NCBI GenBank assembly: GCA_021613535.1
Contig: CP075497.1
Span: forward strand, 9,884,585 to 9,948,584
Length of the DNA: 64,000 nucleotides
Direction of reading: 5' to 3'
DNA from: Adineta vaga
Taxonomy: Eukaryota > Animalia > Rotifera
Shown: in pieces, positions 26,301 through 36,849 of the stretch
Layout: every line of letters begins with the position of its first letter
Numbering within the stretch: the stretch's first letter is position 1
Made by a program: the position numbers and the translations under genes
Notes under the pieces: generated by a model
The model's input: the letters and a program-made list of their open reading frames with translations, nothing else
Told to the model about the DNA's origin: nothing
Databases searched by the model: none

Positions 26301-26460
26301 GAAGAGTATCTGTATCTAAATCAATAACTCCTGTATCAAGTTTGATTTTCACGCTTGATAAAGGTAGTAAATGATATTGACGACAATAATCATCATATTT
26401 AGCACCAAAATCGCATGGAACATCTGATGGTGTTTTCGATATTGGATCAACACGCATGAT
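23273..26460 (-). CDS. LRRC45-like protein: N-terminal RNI-type leucine-rich repeats followed by a coiled-coil region
   Basis: Minus-strand exons about 26460-26300 (MRVDPISKTPSDVPCDFGAKYDDYCRQYHLLPLSSVKIKLD), 26254-26072, about 26070-25875 (..RPPLFQSKELLSKVCTHIKDSLLITTELVLLELDGLPF), 24960-24770 (LRRVTLNRNPLIADRGATFLAEVIEADLW), 24450-24240, 24220-24000, 23940-23850, 23770-23690, 23640-23560 and 23449-23273 (MAGLDDAFMNPLDELRE...stop). The architecture and several motifs resemble LRRC45 (centrosome linker/ciliary base), but the family call rests on architecture only. Confidence 0.5.
25207..25539 (+). CDS. Candidate small single-pass membrane protein ORF (110 aa) nested on the opposite strand inside an intron of the LRRC45-like gene
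   Basis: ORF with a hydrophobic helix LAAIFSLLFILLIILVVILLLFF followed by a polar acidic tail. No homology recognised. It could be chance in AT-rich DNA. Confidence 0.2.
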   Translation: MIINNQTMSLLPADLLFSMDHLAAIFSLLFILLIILVVILLLFFHQRNTSAFDEHELVNEYDQTSTENKALEPTNSRQYASIDKNQSIPMATMDIDEDITRSTTSLISSK

Positions 26461-27079
26461 TTTCTCTAAAAAAAACAGTTTTTCTAATCAAAAAAGGACA
26501 TTTCTTTCTTTGAATGATCGTGTCTTTTTGTGGTTAATACTGACTGGATGAATAGAACAAGGCACCAGTTTTTCCATGTCGCTAAGTACATGTCCTCGAT
26601 ATTGTTTGCAGAAATTTCTCTGATATTTATTTTTCATTTCTGTTTTATTTTTTTCTTCTATTAATCTTCCAGTTAAAAATTAGGTTTCAAACAAATTTAT
26701 TTCGGATAGATGTCGTTTTGACTATGTTCCTTTTTTTCGATACATTAAAATATCCGTCCCACATGTTTGCTAACTGTTTTGATGATAAAAATAAAACATC
26801 GTATTGCCTTTGCAATAACATGAAAAAAAGAAAAATATTAAGTACTTCTCAGCTGTTCTTGCACAACCAATTGTCAATACTGCAATATTTCTTGATGTTG
26901 TGAATAAATCTGTCCTCATTTTATTTGCTTTTCTTACTTCTTCTTGTGCAACATCGTTATTATCTAACTTGAGCGTTAAATTAGAAATATTCTCGTTTAA
27001 ATACTCCAAACACTTGCTTTATCGGCTTTCATTTTTCACGTTATTGAGTCGTATTCTACAATAGTGAGCAATAAGTATA

Positions 27080-30000
27080 ATGGCTGATCCAAAAAAGCCA
27101 TCCACGGCAACCTCATTATTGTCAACTACAAATTCATTCTTATCAACTAAAAATACGACGCTTCCTAGTACTAGTTCTCTATTACAAGGTTCTAGTCTTT
27201 CGTTTTCATCGAGTCTTAATACAACAAGTTCACTTTTGTCGGGAACTACGACGAGTAAACCAACAAGTTTCTTTACATCGTCAACATCATCAACATTATT
27301 GAATTCTACTTTAAAGCCACCGGCTTCATCATTTTCCATTAGTACCGCTTCAAAGCTATCACCTTCACCATTCTCTTTGAGTTCTACATTAAAACCAACA
27401 TCATTTTTTTCCACTACAAATGTCTCTACAGCTAACAATACATTATTGTCATCATTGAATACTAATACTTCATCATTACTTACTACTGAAACAAGTTCAA
27501 GTCGAAAACGTAAAGCTGAACCTTTAGAATCAACATATATAAGTCCATCATCAGCTTCAACATTTCCTAAGAACTCTCTTATAACAAGTACAACAGTACC
27601 TACAACATTAACTGCATCAGTCGTCGATGCTAATGAGCGTAAATATAATTGCGAAAATATTCAACCACTTCAATCGGAACAAATTCGTCTCGGTGTTAAT
27701 ATACATTGTCATATTCCAGCACCAAAACGCTCACGTATTGATCCATTTAGTTCCATTTATGCTAAACTTGAAAATATCAATAATGAAGATTTTAATGTCA
27801 GCATCAAATCGATTAAGGTTAGATTTGAATTATGACAAAAGGAAAATTTTCATGAATTAATTTCTTATTCGTTATTTTTTAGAAAAGTCTTTTGAATTCA
27901 CTTGCTGATTCATTATTAAGTCAACCAGACCTACGAAAAGCTACTGATCACAAACGAACTGAACTAATTCGATTAGCAAATTTAGTCGTTGAGCAAGATC
28001 CGGAATTCATTCTTAAAGTAATAAATCATCATTTCGCAATGTGAATTCATCTGTTTACTTTATTTAGGCGGCCCTCTATACACGAAACCATTTAAATATA
28101 CGTATAGCAGCTAATTTTCTTGTTGCATATGCTTCATTTACGGATCCTTGTCGACTATTTCTTAAGAAATATTTCAAAGCTGTTGTTAATTTACCATCAG
28201 ATTGGATTGAAATTGCTGAACTTTATCAAACATTTTTTGACAAACGTATTCATTTTGGTTCTTTACCATCAGCATTACGTCAGTTATGATACAGAAGTTT
28301 CCTGATTTTGATAAATATCAATTGGCAAAATATAATAAAGAAAAGGCTAGATTAAAAAAAGCTAAAAAAGTAAATGCAGCTCACGCAGGATCACATGCGA
28401 AGGTTGTTTCTGTTCGAGGACGAGGTGGTGCTGCATCTGCACGTGGTGGCCGAGGTCGTGGATCATTTCGTGGTGGTCGTGGTGGTCGTGGTGCAAGTCG
28501 TACAGCTTCTACAGATTCAGATATGAGTGTTGCATTAACGGACCAACAAACAGATAAGTCCGCTCGAAAAGCCATGAATAAGATTAATGAAGAAGATCGC
28601 GAAACACGACGAATGGCATTTACATTAAAACGATTAATTCGTCAATTGCATATAAGTGAACCAGTTGAACATGTTTGGTGTTTACTTGGTAAACGATATC
28701 CTGAATCATCAGAATTGTTCTATCTATCACGTTTACCTGGTGTATTCGAACCCGAACGTTCAAATAAACGTATGAAGTTGCCAACACCAGAAACGTAAGA
28801 AATTCTTTGCTTTAATTTTTCATCTAAACGTTTCCTTTATTTTTACCAATAGATGGGAAACACAAATTAGTTTAAAAGGCAACAAAGCTTCTGTTTGGCA
28901 ACAATTGATTGATAACAAGAAACTTCCTTTCATGGCTATGTTAAGAAATTTACGAAATATGATTAAAGTTGGTAAGTATTTAGGACAAAAACAATTGATA
29001 TTTAATGATGATCGATGGTGAACTATAATTATTTTCAATTTAGGTATTTCTGAGAAACATCATCAATGGGTTTTGAAGAAACTTCAAGATAATGGTGCAG
29101 TTACGAATAGCCGTCAATTTCCATTTCGTTTCTTTTCGGCATATCAAGTTCTTGAAGAACTTGAAGATGAATTTAATAAATGGTGTGAAGCTAAGAACAT
29201 AGCTGGTATAACACCTGAAGTTAAAAGCCGCCGATTAACACGAAAAGAAAATGGCAAGAAAACTGGTTTAACTGCTGCCGAAAAAGCGAAAAAATTAGCT
29301 GCAAAAGAAATGCCCTATGATCTTGCATTATTACAACGATATAAAAAAGCACTGGATTGTTCAGTAAAAATAGCTACACAACATAATTGTCAACCAATTC
29401 CAGGTCGAACATTTGTCTTCTGTAATCTAAGTGATTCTATGTCACAACCATGTCAAGCAGCAAAAGGTTTAGGTAAACCACGAACACGTGCAGAAATAGG
29501 TCTTCTAATGGGTTTAATGTGTAAATCTGCATGTGAATCAAGTCGATTAATTGTTTATAAAACAAAAGATAGTTTTACAGAAATTGAACAAACACCACAA
29601 CAAACAATATTGAATCAAATGACAGAAATTTTAACAAATAATCCATTACCAGCATCAACATCAGCTGTTTGTATACCACCAACATTTCTAACTAATATGA
29701 TTGCAGAAAAACAATGGTTCGATAATATGTAAGTAATCAATCAACGATTTACATAAATATTATTTATTTTGCTGTTCTCTTTATTTTAGTATCATTGTTT
29801 CTGATGGATTGAAAGCTGATACAGCTGAATCGGATTTTGTCTATCGATTTCTTTCACTCTATCGATATTTAGTAAATTCCGAGCTTATGTTTGTTAGTAT
29901 TGATTTAAGTATTAGTCAATGTTCATTAACAAAATCTGATCGATTTAATAATCGAAATGATATTTTTCTCAGTGGTTTTTCGGATTCTATTCTTCAATTT

Positions 30001-33000
30001 ATTGCTGAACGTGGTAACGATGGTCAATTATTACATGTTGAAAATATTGACAATGCACATAATCTTAATAAAACTATTGATACGAAAAAAGATTCGGAAA
30101 CAAAAGAATCAAATGATAGTTCATCAAAATTATCTTCAAACTCACCACTTACGACATTAGTACCACATTGGCGAACTGTACGTGTCTTTATCTCATCGAC
30201 ATTTAAAGATATGCATGCTGAACGTGATCTTCTTACACGTTATGTCTTTCCTGAATTACGTCAACGTGCTAAAAGTCTTTTTATCAATCTTTATCAAACA
30301 GATTTACGATGGGGTATTGCAGAAAGTCAATCAAAACAATCGGTATTCTTATGTTTGAATGAAGTTTATCGTAGTGATTATTTTATTGGTTTAATTGGTG
30401 AACGGTATGGTTATCAACCAACATCCTATGATGTTCCCAAAGATGATGCACGATTTGCATGGTTAAATAAAGTACCGATTGGACATAGTATTACTGATCT
30501 AGAAATTCAAGCTGGTACATTTCATTCATCGACAATAAAACAGAATCGAGCATTTTTCTATTTTCGTGATCCGAAATTTCTTTCCAATGTACCAAAACCA
30601 TGGTCAGACGATTTTCTCTCTGAAGATGAAGATTCTAAAATGAAAATCAATCAATTAAAACAACATTTACGCACAAGTGGTTTTGAAACATTTGATAATT
30701 ATCCATGCACATGGCAAGGTGTAGCAAATGATCGACCACTTGTGACAAATCTTGAAGAATTTGCACAACGTGTTATCGATAATTTATGGACATCACTACA
30801 AGAAGAATACAAACCTGAATATGTTCTTTTAGATGATAATGAAATTGAAGATACACAACATCGACAATATCGTTTATCATTTATGGAACATTTTGTTACT
30901 CGAAATAAAGTTCTACAAGATACGATTAAATCTCTTGGAAAAGCTTCAGTAATTCTTCTTACTGGACAACAAGGTTCAGGTAAAACAGCTGCTCTTGCTG
31001 CCATTGCAAATACAATTATTTCACGAGTGGATTTAAATGTTAAATTATATGAACATTATGTTGGCATCACTCGTTCATCAGTAAATAGTGTATCGATGCT
31101 TCGTCGTTTACTTTGTCAGATTATTAAGGATCATTCAGAATTAATCAGTCAATTTCCAATTGATCAAATTAATGCAAGTAATTATACAGATCTATGTAAA
31201 ATCTTATCGGACATTCTTCGTATGCGAAAACATACATTCCACTTGGTCATTTGCATTGATGGTATTGAACTACTTGATAATGAAACATTAGTTCAAACAT
31301 TAAATTTCATTCCAAAAGATTTTAACTTCGAAAAAATCACGTTCATTCTCACTGCAACAGAAGATAGTAATGTTGAACAAGCATGTAAACATCAATCGAA
31401 TACGTTAACAATTAATATTACAAATCTTGAATTACTTGAACGTAGTGAAATTGTTCGAAAACATCTTGATCGTTTTGGTAAAAAACTAGATGAACATGCA
31501 TTTTCATCTCAAATGAAATTTATTACTAGTAAACGTGATTCATTTAAGCCATCGTATTTAACATTACTCTGTGAAGAATTATTATTAATGACAGATTATG
31601 AAAAGAAAATTACTGAAAAATTGAAAAGTATTCCACAAAAACAAAATCTCTTTCTATTAGAGATTTTCAAACGATTAGATACGGTCTTTGGTGAAACATA
31701 TGTAGCAACAATTTTTGGATTGATTTATTCTGCACGTGAAGATTTAACTGAACAAGAATTACGAGATCTAGTTAATATTGCTTTCAGTTCAACAAAAGCA
31801 TTACCACCATCAGATAATTTTACTTATCCAAATACAACAACACCATTACAATTAGCTGATTTTATATACAATTGTCATATTATATTGAAACCACAACTTT
31901 ATGATGGACCACAGACTGTCTCTATTGCATCCAATGAAATTCGTCAAATCATCAAAACACGTTATATTCGTTCGAATGAACAACGACTCTATCTAAATAA
32001 ACTTTTAGCATTCTATTATTGGTGTGAAGCATCAGGATCTCAATGGACATCAATGAATGTTAAAGCATTTGAACATTTACCTTTTTATTTATATACTGCT
32101 GATGAATTTAAATTATTCTCTTCAGTTTTAACTGATTTGAAATTTATTGCTGCTAAATGTCGTGTTGGTCTTGTTCAATCGTTAATAGATGATTATGAAT
32201 TAATTAAATCTTCAGCAACAAATACAAGTCTTACACAAACAGCAACAAGCTCGAAAATGAGTAAATCTTTAGCAATCAATACGAAAGAGCGACAAATCAA
32301 TGAAATAGGTCTTCAACAATATCGTTCATTTATACAACGTAACAGTCATATTCTAGCAGTTAATCCATTATTGATTTATCAACAAGCTTTAAATGAATTA
32401 GAAACAAGTCCTGTTTTCGATAACATTCAACAGATACTTTCAAATCATCAAAAGAATTCAATTAATAATGAAAATCCAATAACTGCATTCATTCGTGTTA
32501 ATAAACCGGATAATATGGAACAAATGAAATATTCGATGGAAAATTTTTCAGAACCAATTAAATGTTTAGCAGTATCACCATCTGGTAAGTTATACCTACC
32601 TAAAGAAAATAATTTCTAGGCATTACTAACTTTTCTTTTCTTTTCTTTTTTCATTTAGGTGCTCATTTAGCTGCCGGTTCTGCTGATTGTTTAGTTCGTC
32701 TCTACAATACATCCACTTCTCGTTTATTAAAATTATTTGTTGGTCATGCTGCACCTATCAGTGCCTTATGTTTCGTTGGTGATGATCATTTAGTAAGTGG
32801 TAGTAACGATGGTGGTTTATCAATTTGGGATGTAGCGAATGGCCATCGTTTACATATTCTTTCACCGAAACATGATAAGAGAGTTTCAGAATTATGTTCA
32901 AATCAACGTGGTACACAATTTGCTTCAGTTTCATGGGATTCATTTGTACGTATATGGGATTTGAAAAAGGCTCGAAAAGAAACTGAAATTAGTTTACATC

Positions 33001-35717
33001 CAAAACCTGTATCAAGTGTTGCCTTTCATCCAGATGGTTTTATGTTAGTGACTGGCTGTTGGGATGGTATTGTTCGACAATGGAATGTTACTAGTGGACA
33101 ACGTAAATCTGTCATGCGTGGACATTTAAGTTCAATAAAAGCCGTTGCTTACTCAGCAGATGGTCGTTATATAGCATCATGTTCTATCGATGGTGAATGT
33201 CGTTTATGGAATGCTCTAGCTGGTAGTCAAGTTGGTTTAATATCAGCTCGTATAAGTTCAATTTATTTTTCACCAAGTGGATCAGAATTAGCCTCGGCTG
33301 GTAATGATGGCCGTGTTCGAGTTTTTTCATCAACCATCGGTCAATGTCAAATGATTATACGTCAAGATAGTTGGGGATCAGCTTCTAGTATTGTAATTCA
33401 TCCTGAAGGAGAATACATCATTGCTGGATATCATTCAGGTTCTATTCGAATATTTGATATTCAAAATGGTACGACTGAACAAGAATTTCATTATCATAAA
33501 GGTCGTATTCATCGTCTTGAACTTTCTGCTCCAATGGGAAATATATTAATATCAGCATCAGGTGATAGTACTTCTCGAATTTATGATATCAAAGATCTTG
33601 GCAAACGCAATGATATGCGTATTAAAACAACCATACTCAAAGGTCATACAGCCGCTGTTCTTTCCTGTGCTATAAACAAATTACAAATGATTGCTACAGG
33701 ATCAGAAGATGCAACAATATGTCTGTATAGATCATCGAAATTATTTGATCAATCTTCTATTGAACCAAATCAAGTTCTCACACAACATCGTACACCAGTT
33801 ACAGGTTTAGCATTCAACAATGATACAAGCCAATTGATATCTGCAAGTCGAGATGGACAAGTTCATATATGGGATATAAGTCGACATGCAACAACATCAA
33901 TAGTTACACTTGTTAACACACTTGCGCATTGCCATGCAGATTGGATTAATGATATTGCATTGTCAAATACAAATAATGGAAAACTTGTTACAGCATCAAA
34001 TGATAATACATTAAAAATTTGGAATACTATACCAAAAACAACAACAACAACAAATAATGATGATGATGATGATCGAATGGATGTTGTTTCTGCCAATGTT
34101 GAAGAAGCTCTAGTTACACTTCGCGGTCATCAAGCGTCTGTCAATACTGTATCGTTCGCATATGGATGCGTTGTTTCCGGTTCATTGGATAAAACTATTC
34201 GAGTATGGTCACATAAAGGAACTGAAATTACATGTTTACGTGGTCACACAGAAAAAATAACAGCATGTGATTTATGGGTTAAACTCAAAGGTACTGCTCC
34301 AAAAGTTGTAAATGATACAGATCCAAATAGCTGGGCATCAATGATAGCAGAACAAGAAGCTACACTTTCACGATCAACACATACTATCGACAGAATGCTT
34401 GTTGTCAGTGCATCCGAGGATGGTTCAATTCGTATCTGGCGTCCAACAGATCCTGAACAACGTTGTGTCTATGATGCACATGCTCAACCATTAAATGATA
34501 TTGTATTAAATCATGAATCTATTGTTACATCATCTTTAGACAAAACAATTCGTTCATGGCATATTCCTACCAATGTATTTCAAAATAATAATTCTGAAAC
34601 AGCTGCAATGACACCACAAATTGCTGAACCAAATAGTCATTTAGATGAAATTACATCAATTGCTGTTTCTCATGATAATTCATTTGTTTTTACTGTTTCA
34701 CGTGATTCATATCTATTTATTTGGTCATTACTATCAACGTCAATAGATGATACTACTATGGATACAAATTCAAAAACTAAGAACATGTCAAAACAATCGT
34801 TCCGTATCATACAATCAGTTAAAGCACATGATGAAACTATTCTTGGCATGGCTTTAGTTCGTTCTGATGCACAAAATCACGTTCTTGTAACTGGTTCTGT
34901 TGATAAAAAGATAAAACTTTGGACAGTTTCATGTAAACCAAATGAAGATAAATGTTCACTTAAACGTTTAAGAACTGATACAACAACAGATGGTCCTGTT
35001 TCATTTATTGCTGGTCAACACAATATGCCATATTTTGTTGTTGGTGAAAATCAATCCTTTGATTCATTAATATTCCATCTTTACTCTTCATCTTCATTAC
35101 AACGTTTAAAAACCTATCAAACACAAACATGTCATTGGCCACTTTCATCTCTAGTAACAATAAATGAACATAAACATTGTATTCTAACAATTGGTTCATC
35201 AAATAATGAATTATGTTCCTATGATTTATCATTAATCGATTCAACTGACAGTAGATTATTGGTTTCCTATAGCGCAAATATTGAACATCAAATAGCCGTT
35301 CCATCCGAATGGATAACATCCATTGAACAACTTGATGACAGTAAAGTCTTTTACTTTGGTACAGCAAATGGAAATATGTATTCAACATCCAGTCTATTAA
35401 CTAATATCGATACATGGAATAAAACTGAATTATCAGCTAAACAACGATCAATTACTGGATTATGTTCAATTAATAATGAATTTATATTTACAAGTGGTTT
35501 TGATAATGTTATTCGAGTCCAATATCGAAATGATCATATGAAAACTGAAAATATGAGCGAAGACGATGAAAAAGAAAATGAAATTCTTGGACAATATCCT
35601 GTACCAGCACCAATTACTCAAATGCGTACATGGAAACAGAAGAATAATGATAGTTTTGGTGTTGTAGCCGGTGATACATTAGGAAATCTCTATTTAGTAC
35701 AATGGTATTCATCGTAA
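27080..35717 (+). CDS. TEP1: TEP1 (telomerase protein component 1 / vault-associated protein): S/T-rich N-terminal repeats, TROVE, vWA, NACHT ATPase, long WD40 array; 8 exons
   Basis: Exons: E1 27080-27817 (S/T-rich repeats); E2 27883-28017 (start of TROVE: DLRKATDHKRTELIRLANLVVEQDPEFILK); E3 28068-about 28181 (or read through to 28289, see finding); E4 about 28295-28794 (includes an RGG box); E5 28853-28951 (WETQISLKGNKASVWQQLIDNKKLPFMAMLRNLRNMIKVG); E6 29034-29728 (vWA-like: TFVFCNLSDSMSQ); E7 29790-32584 (NACHT with Walker A ILLTGQQGSGKT at about 30951-30990); E8 32659-35717 (about 20 WD40 repeats, stop at 35715-35717). All junctions are GT-AG with consistent phase except the E3/E4 region. 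Confidence 0.9.
28399..28500 (+). other. TEP1: RGG/RG-rich box (VRGRGGAASARGGRGRGSFRGGRGGRGASR) encoded inside TEP1 exon 4; local GC-rich island
   Basis: Read directly from the translation of 28286-28798. The antisense ORF 28381-28575 is the mirror image of this GC-rich repeat. Confidence 0.8.
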
Positions 35718-35757
35718 TTATGATCAAAACATTTCTTTCATATTTCATATTTGTAGT

Positions 35758-35763
35758 AAAATA
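35758..35763 (+). terminator. TEP1: AATAAA polyadenylation signal 41 nt downstream of the TEP1 stop codon
   Basis: aataaa at 35758-35763 following the stop at 35715-35717. The motif is frequent in AT-rich DNA, so confidence is modest. Confidence 0.4.
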
Positions 35764-35959
35764 AACAATTTAACCATTTTCACATGTTTTATCGATATAT
35801 TTTCTCTTTTATACTGAAATAAAACATATATATATATATACACTGTACTTTGCACTTGATGCTTATCTAAATTTTGAATACAAAAGCATAAATATTTTTT
35901 CGAATAACTTTTTTTGCGCAGTATAAATAATTTCATGTCGTATCGATTGATTTTTTTCT

Positions 35960-36538
35960 ATGAAAACAAAATTTTCTTCTTCTAACAATGAATCTGAACA
36001 GAGGAGTTCATCATCATCAATACTTCCAACTATACAAAATCAAGATATTTTTGTATTAAAACAAGTTCCTAATCAACTGCATTCAGCTCAACAAGAAATC
36101 AATAATTTACGTTTGTTAAATGTTTGTCTTCAATCAACATTAATTCGTGTTCAAACACAATTAATCGAATATTTACCAGAAAATACTCATGATGAAATCA
36201 AACGAAATAATATCAAACAAAAGTTAGCTCAACTACGTCGATCCGATGATCATATTCGACGAATTATTCCTACTCAACAAATTTCATTTTTCCGATTCTT
36301 CGATCAATTTTCCAATCCATCGAACACGAAATCATCCTACGTTAAACATATATCATTGACAAAAAATGAAAGACAAATCGATAATCTACATGAAATGTTC
36401 CATGAACTTCATACAATCATTCATACAGAACATAATGATAGAATCTGTCAACTCTATATCACTTTAGCTCAAACATCTCAGTCAGTCATTCAAACACGTG
36501 ATGGTAAATCAAATATTTTTCTCGATAAAAAGAAGTAA
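35960..36538 (+). CDS. Orphan single-exon ORF, 192 aa, Ser-rich N-terminus, probably partly helical; unknown function
   Basis: Uninterrupted ORF with an ATG at 35960, lying between the TEP1 polyA region and the next gene. Codon usage resembles the neighbours. No family recognised. Confidence 0.3.
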   Translation: MKTKFSSSNNESEQRSSSSSILPTIQNQDIFVLKQVPNQLHSAQQEINNLRLLNVCLQSTLIRVQTQLIEYLPENTHDEIKRNNIKQKLAQLRRSDDHIRRIIPTQQISFFRFFDQFSNPSNTKSSYVKHISLTKNERQIDNLHEMFHELHTIIHTEHNDRICQLYITLAQTSQSVIQTRDGKSNIFLDKKK

Positions 36539-36849
36539 TCCGATATGAAGACATTTGTTTGATATAGTTTTGGATAAAACAATCTATGCTCATCGAAAGA
36601 TAACAAAACGGAAAATCAAACGAAAACTCTTCTTCCTATTTCTTATTATTATTTTTATTTCAATAATAATCTTTAGCATAATTTTATCTATTTGAAATAC
36701 ATTAAAATTCTATTGAATTCTTTTCATTTCGATGGATTTTCATTAATTGAATAATATTGGCAATTAAACTAAGAAGAATAAGAATAATACCAGTAATTAC
36801 AATAATCAATGCATCAGACATAATTATAAAATACGCGCGTTTGCTTTTT

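Noticed and set aside
28381-28575. Minus-strand 64-aa ORF rich in P/R/A, antisense to TEP1 exon 4
   Set aside because: It is the reverse-complement reading of the GC-rich RGG-box codons (GGT/CGT repeats). It is an antisense artefact of a low-complexity coding repeat and has no start context of its own.
29957-31004. Short ORFs 29957-30160 (+) and 30699-31004 (-) inside the large TEP1 exon 7
   Set aside because: They are alternative-frame or antisense ORFs wholly contained in a 2.8-kb exon with strong NACHT-domain coding signal in the main frame.
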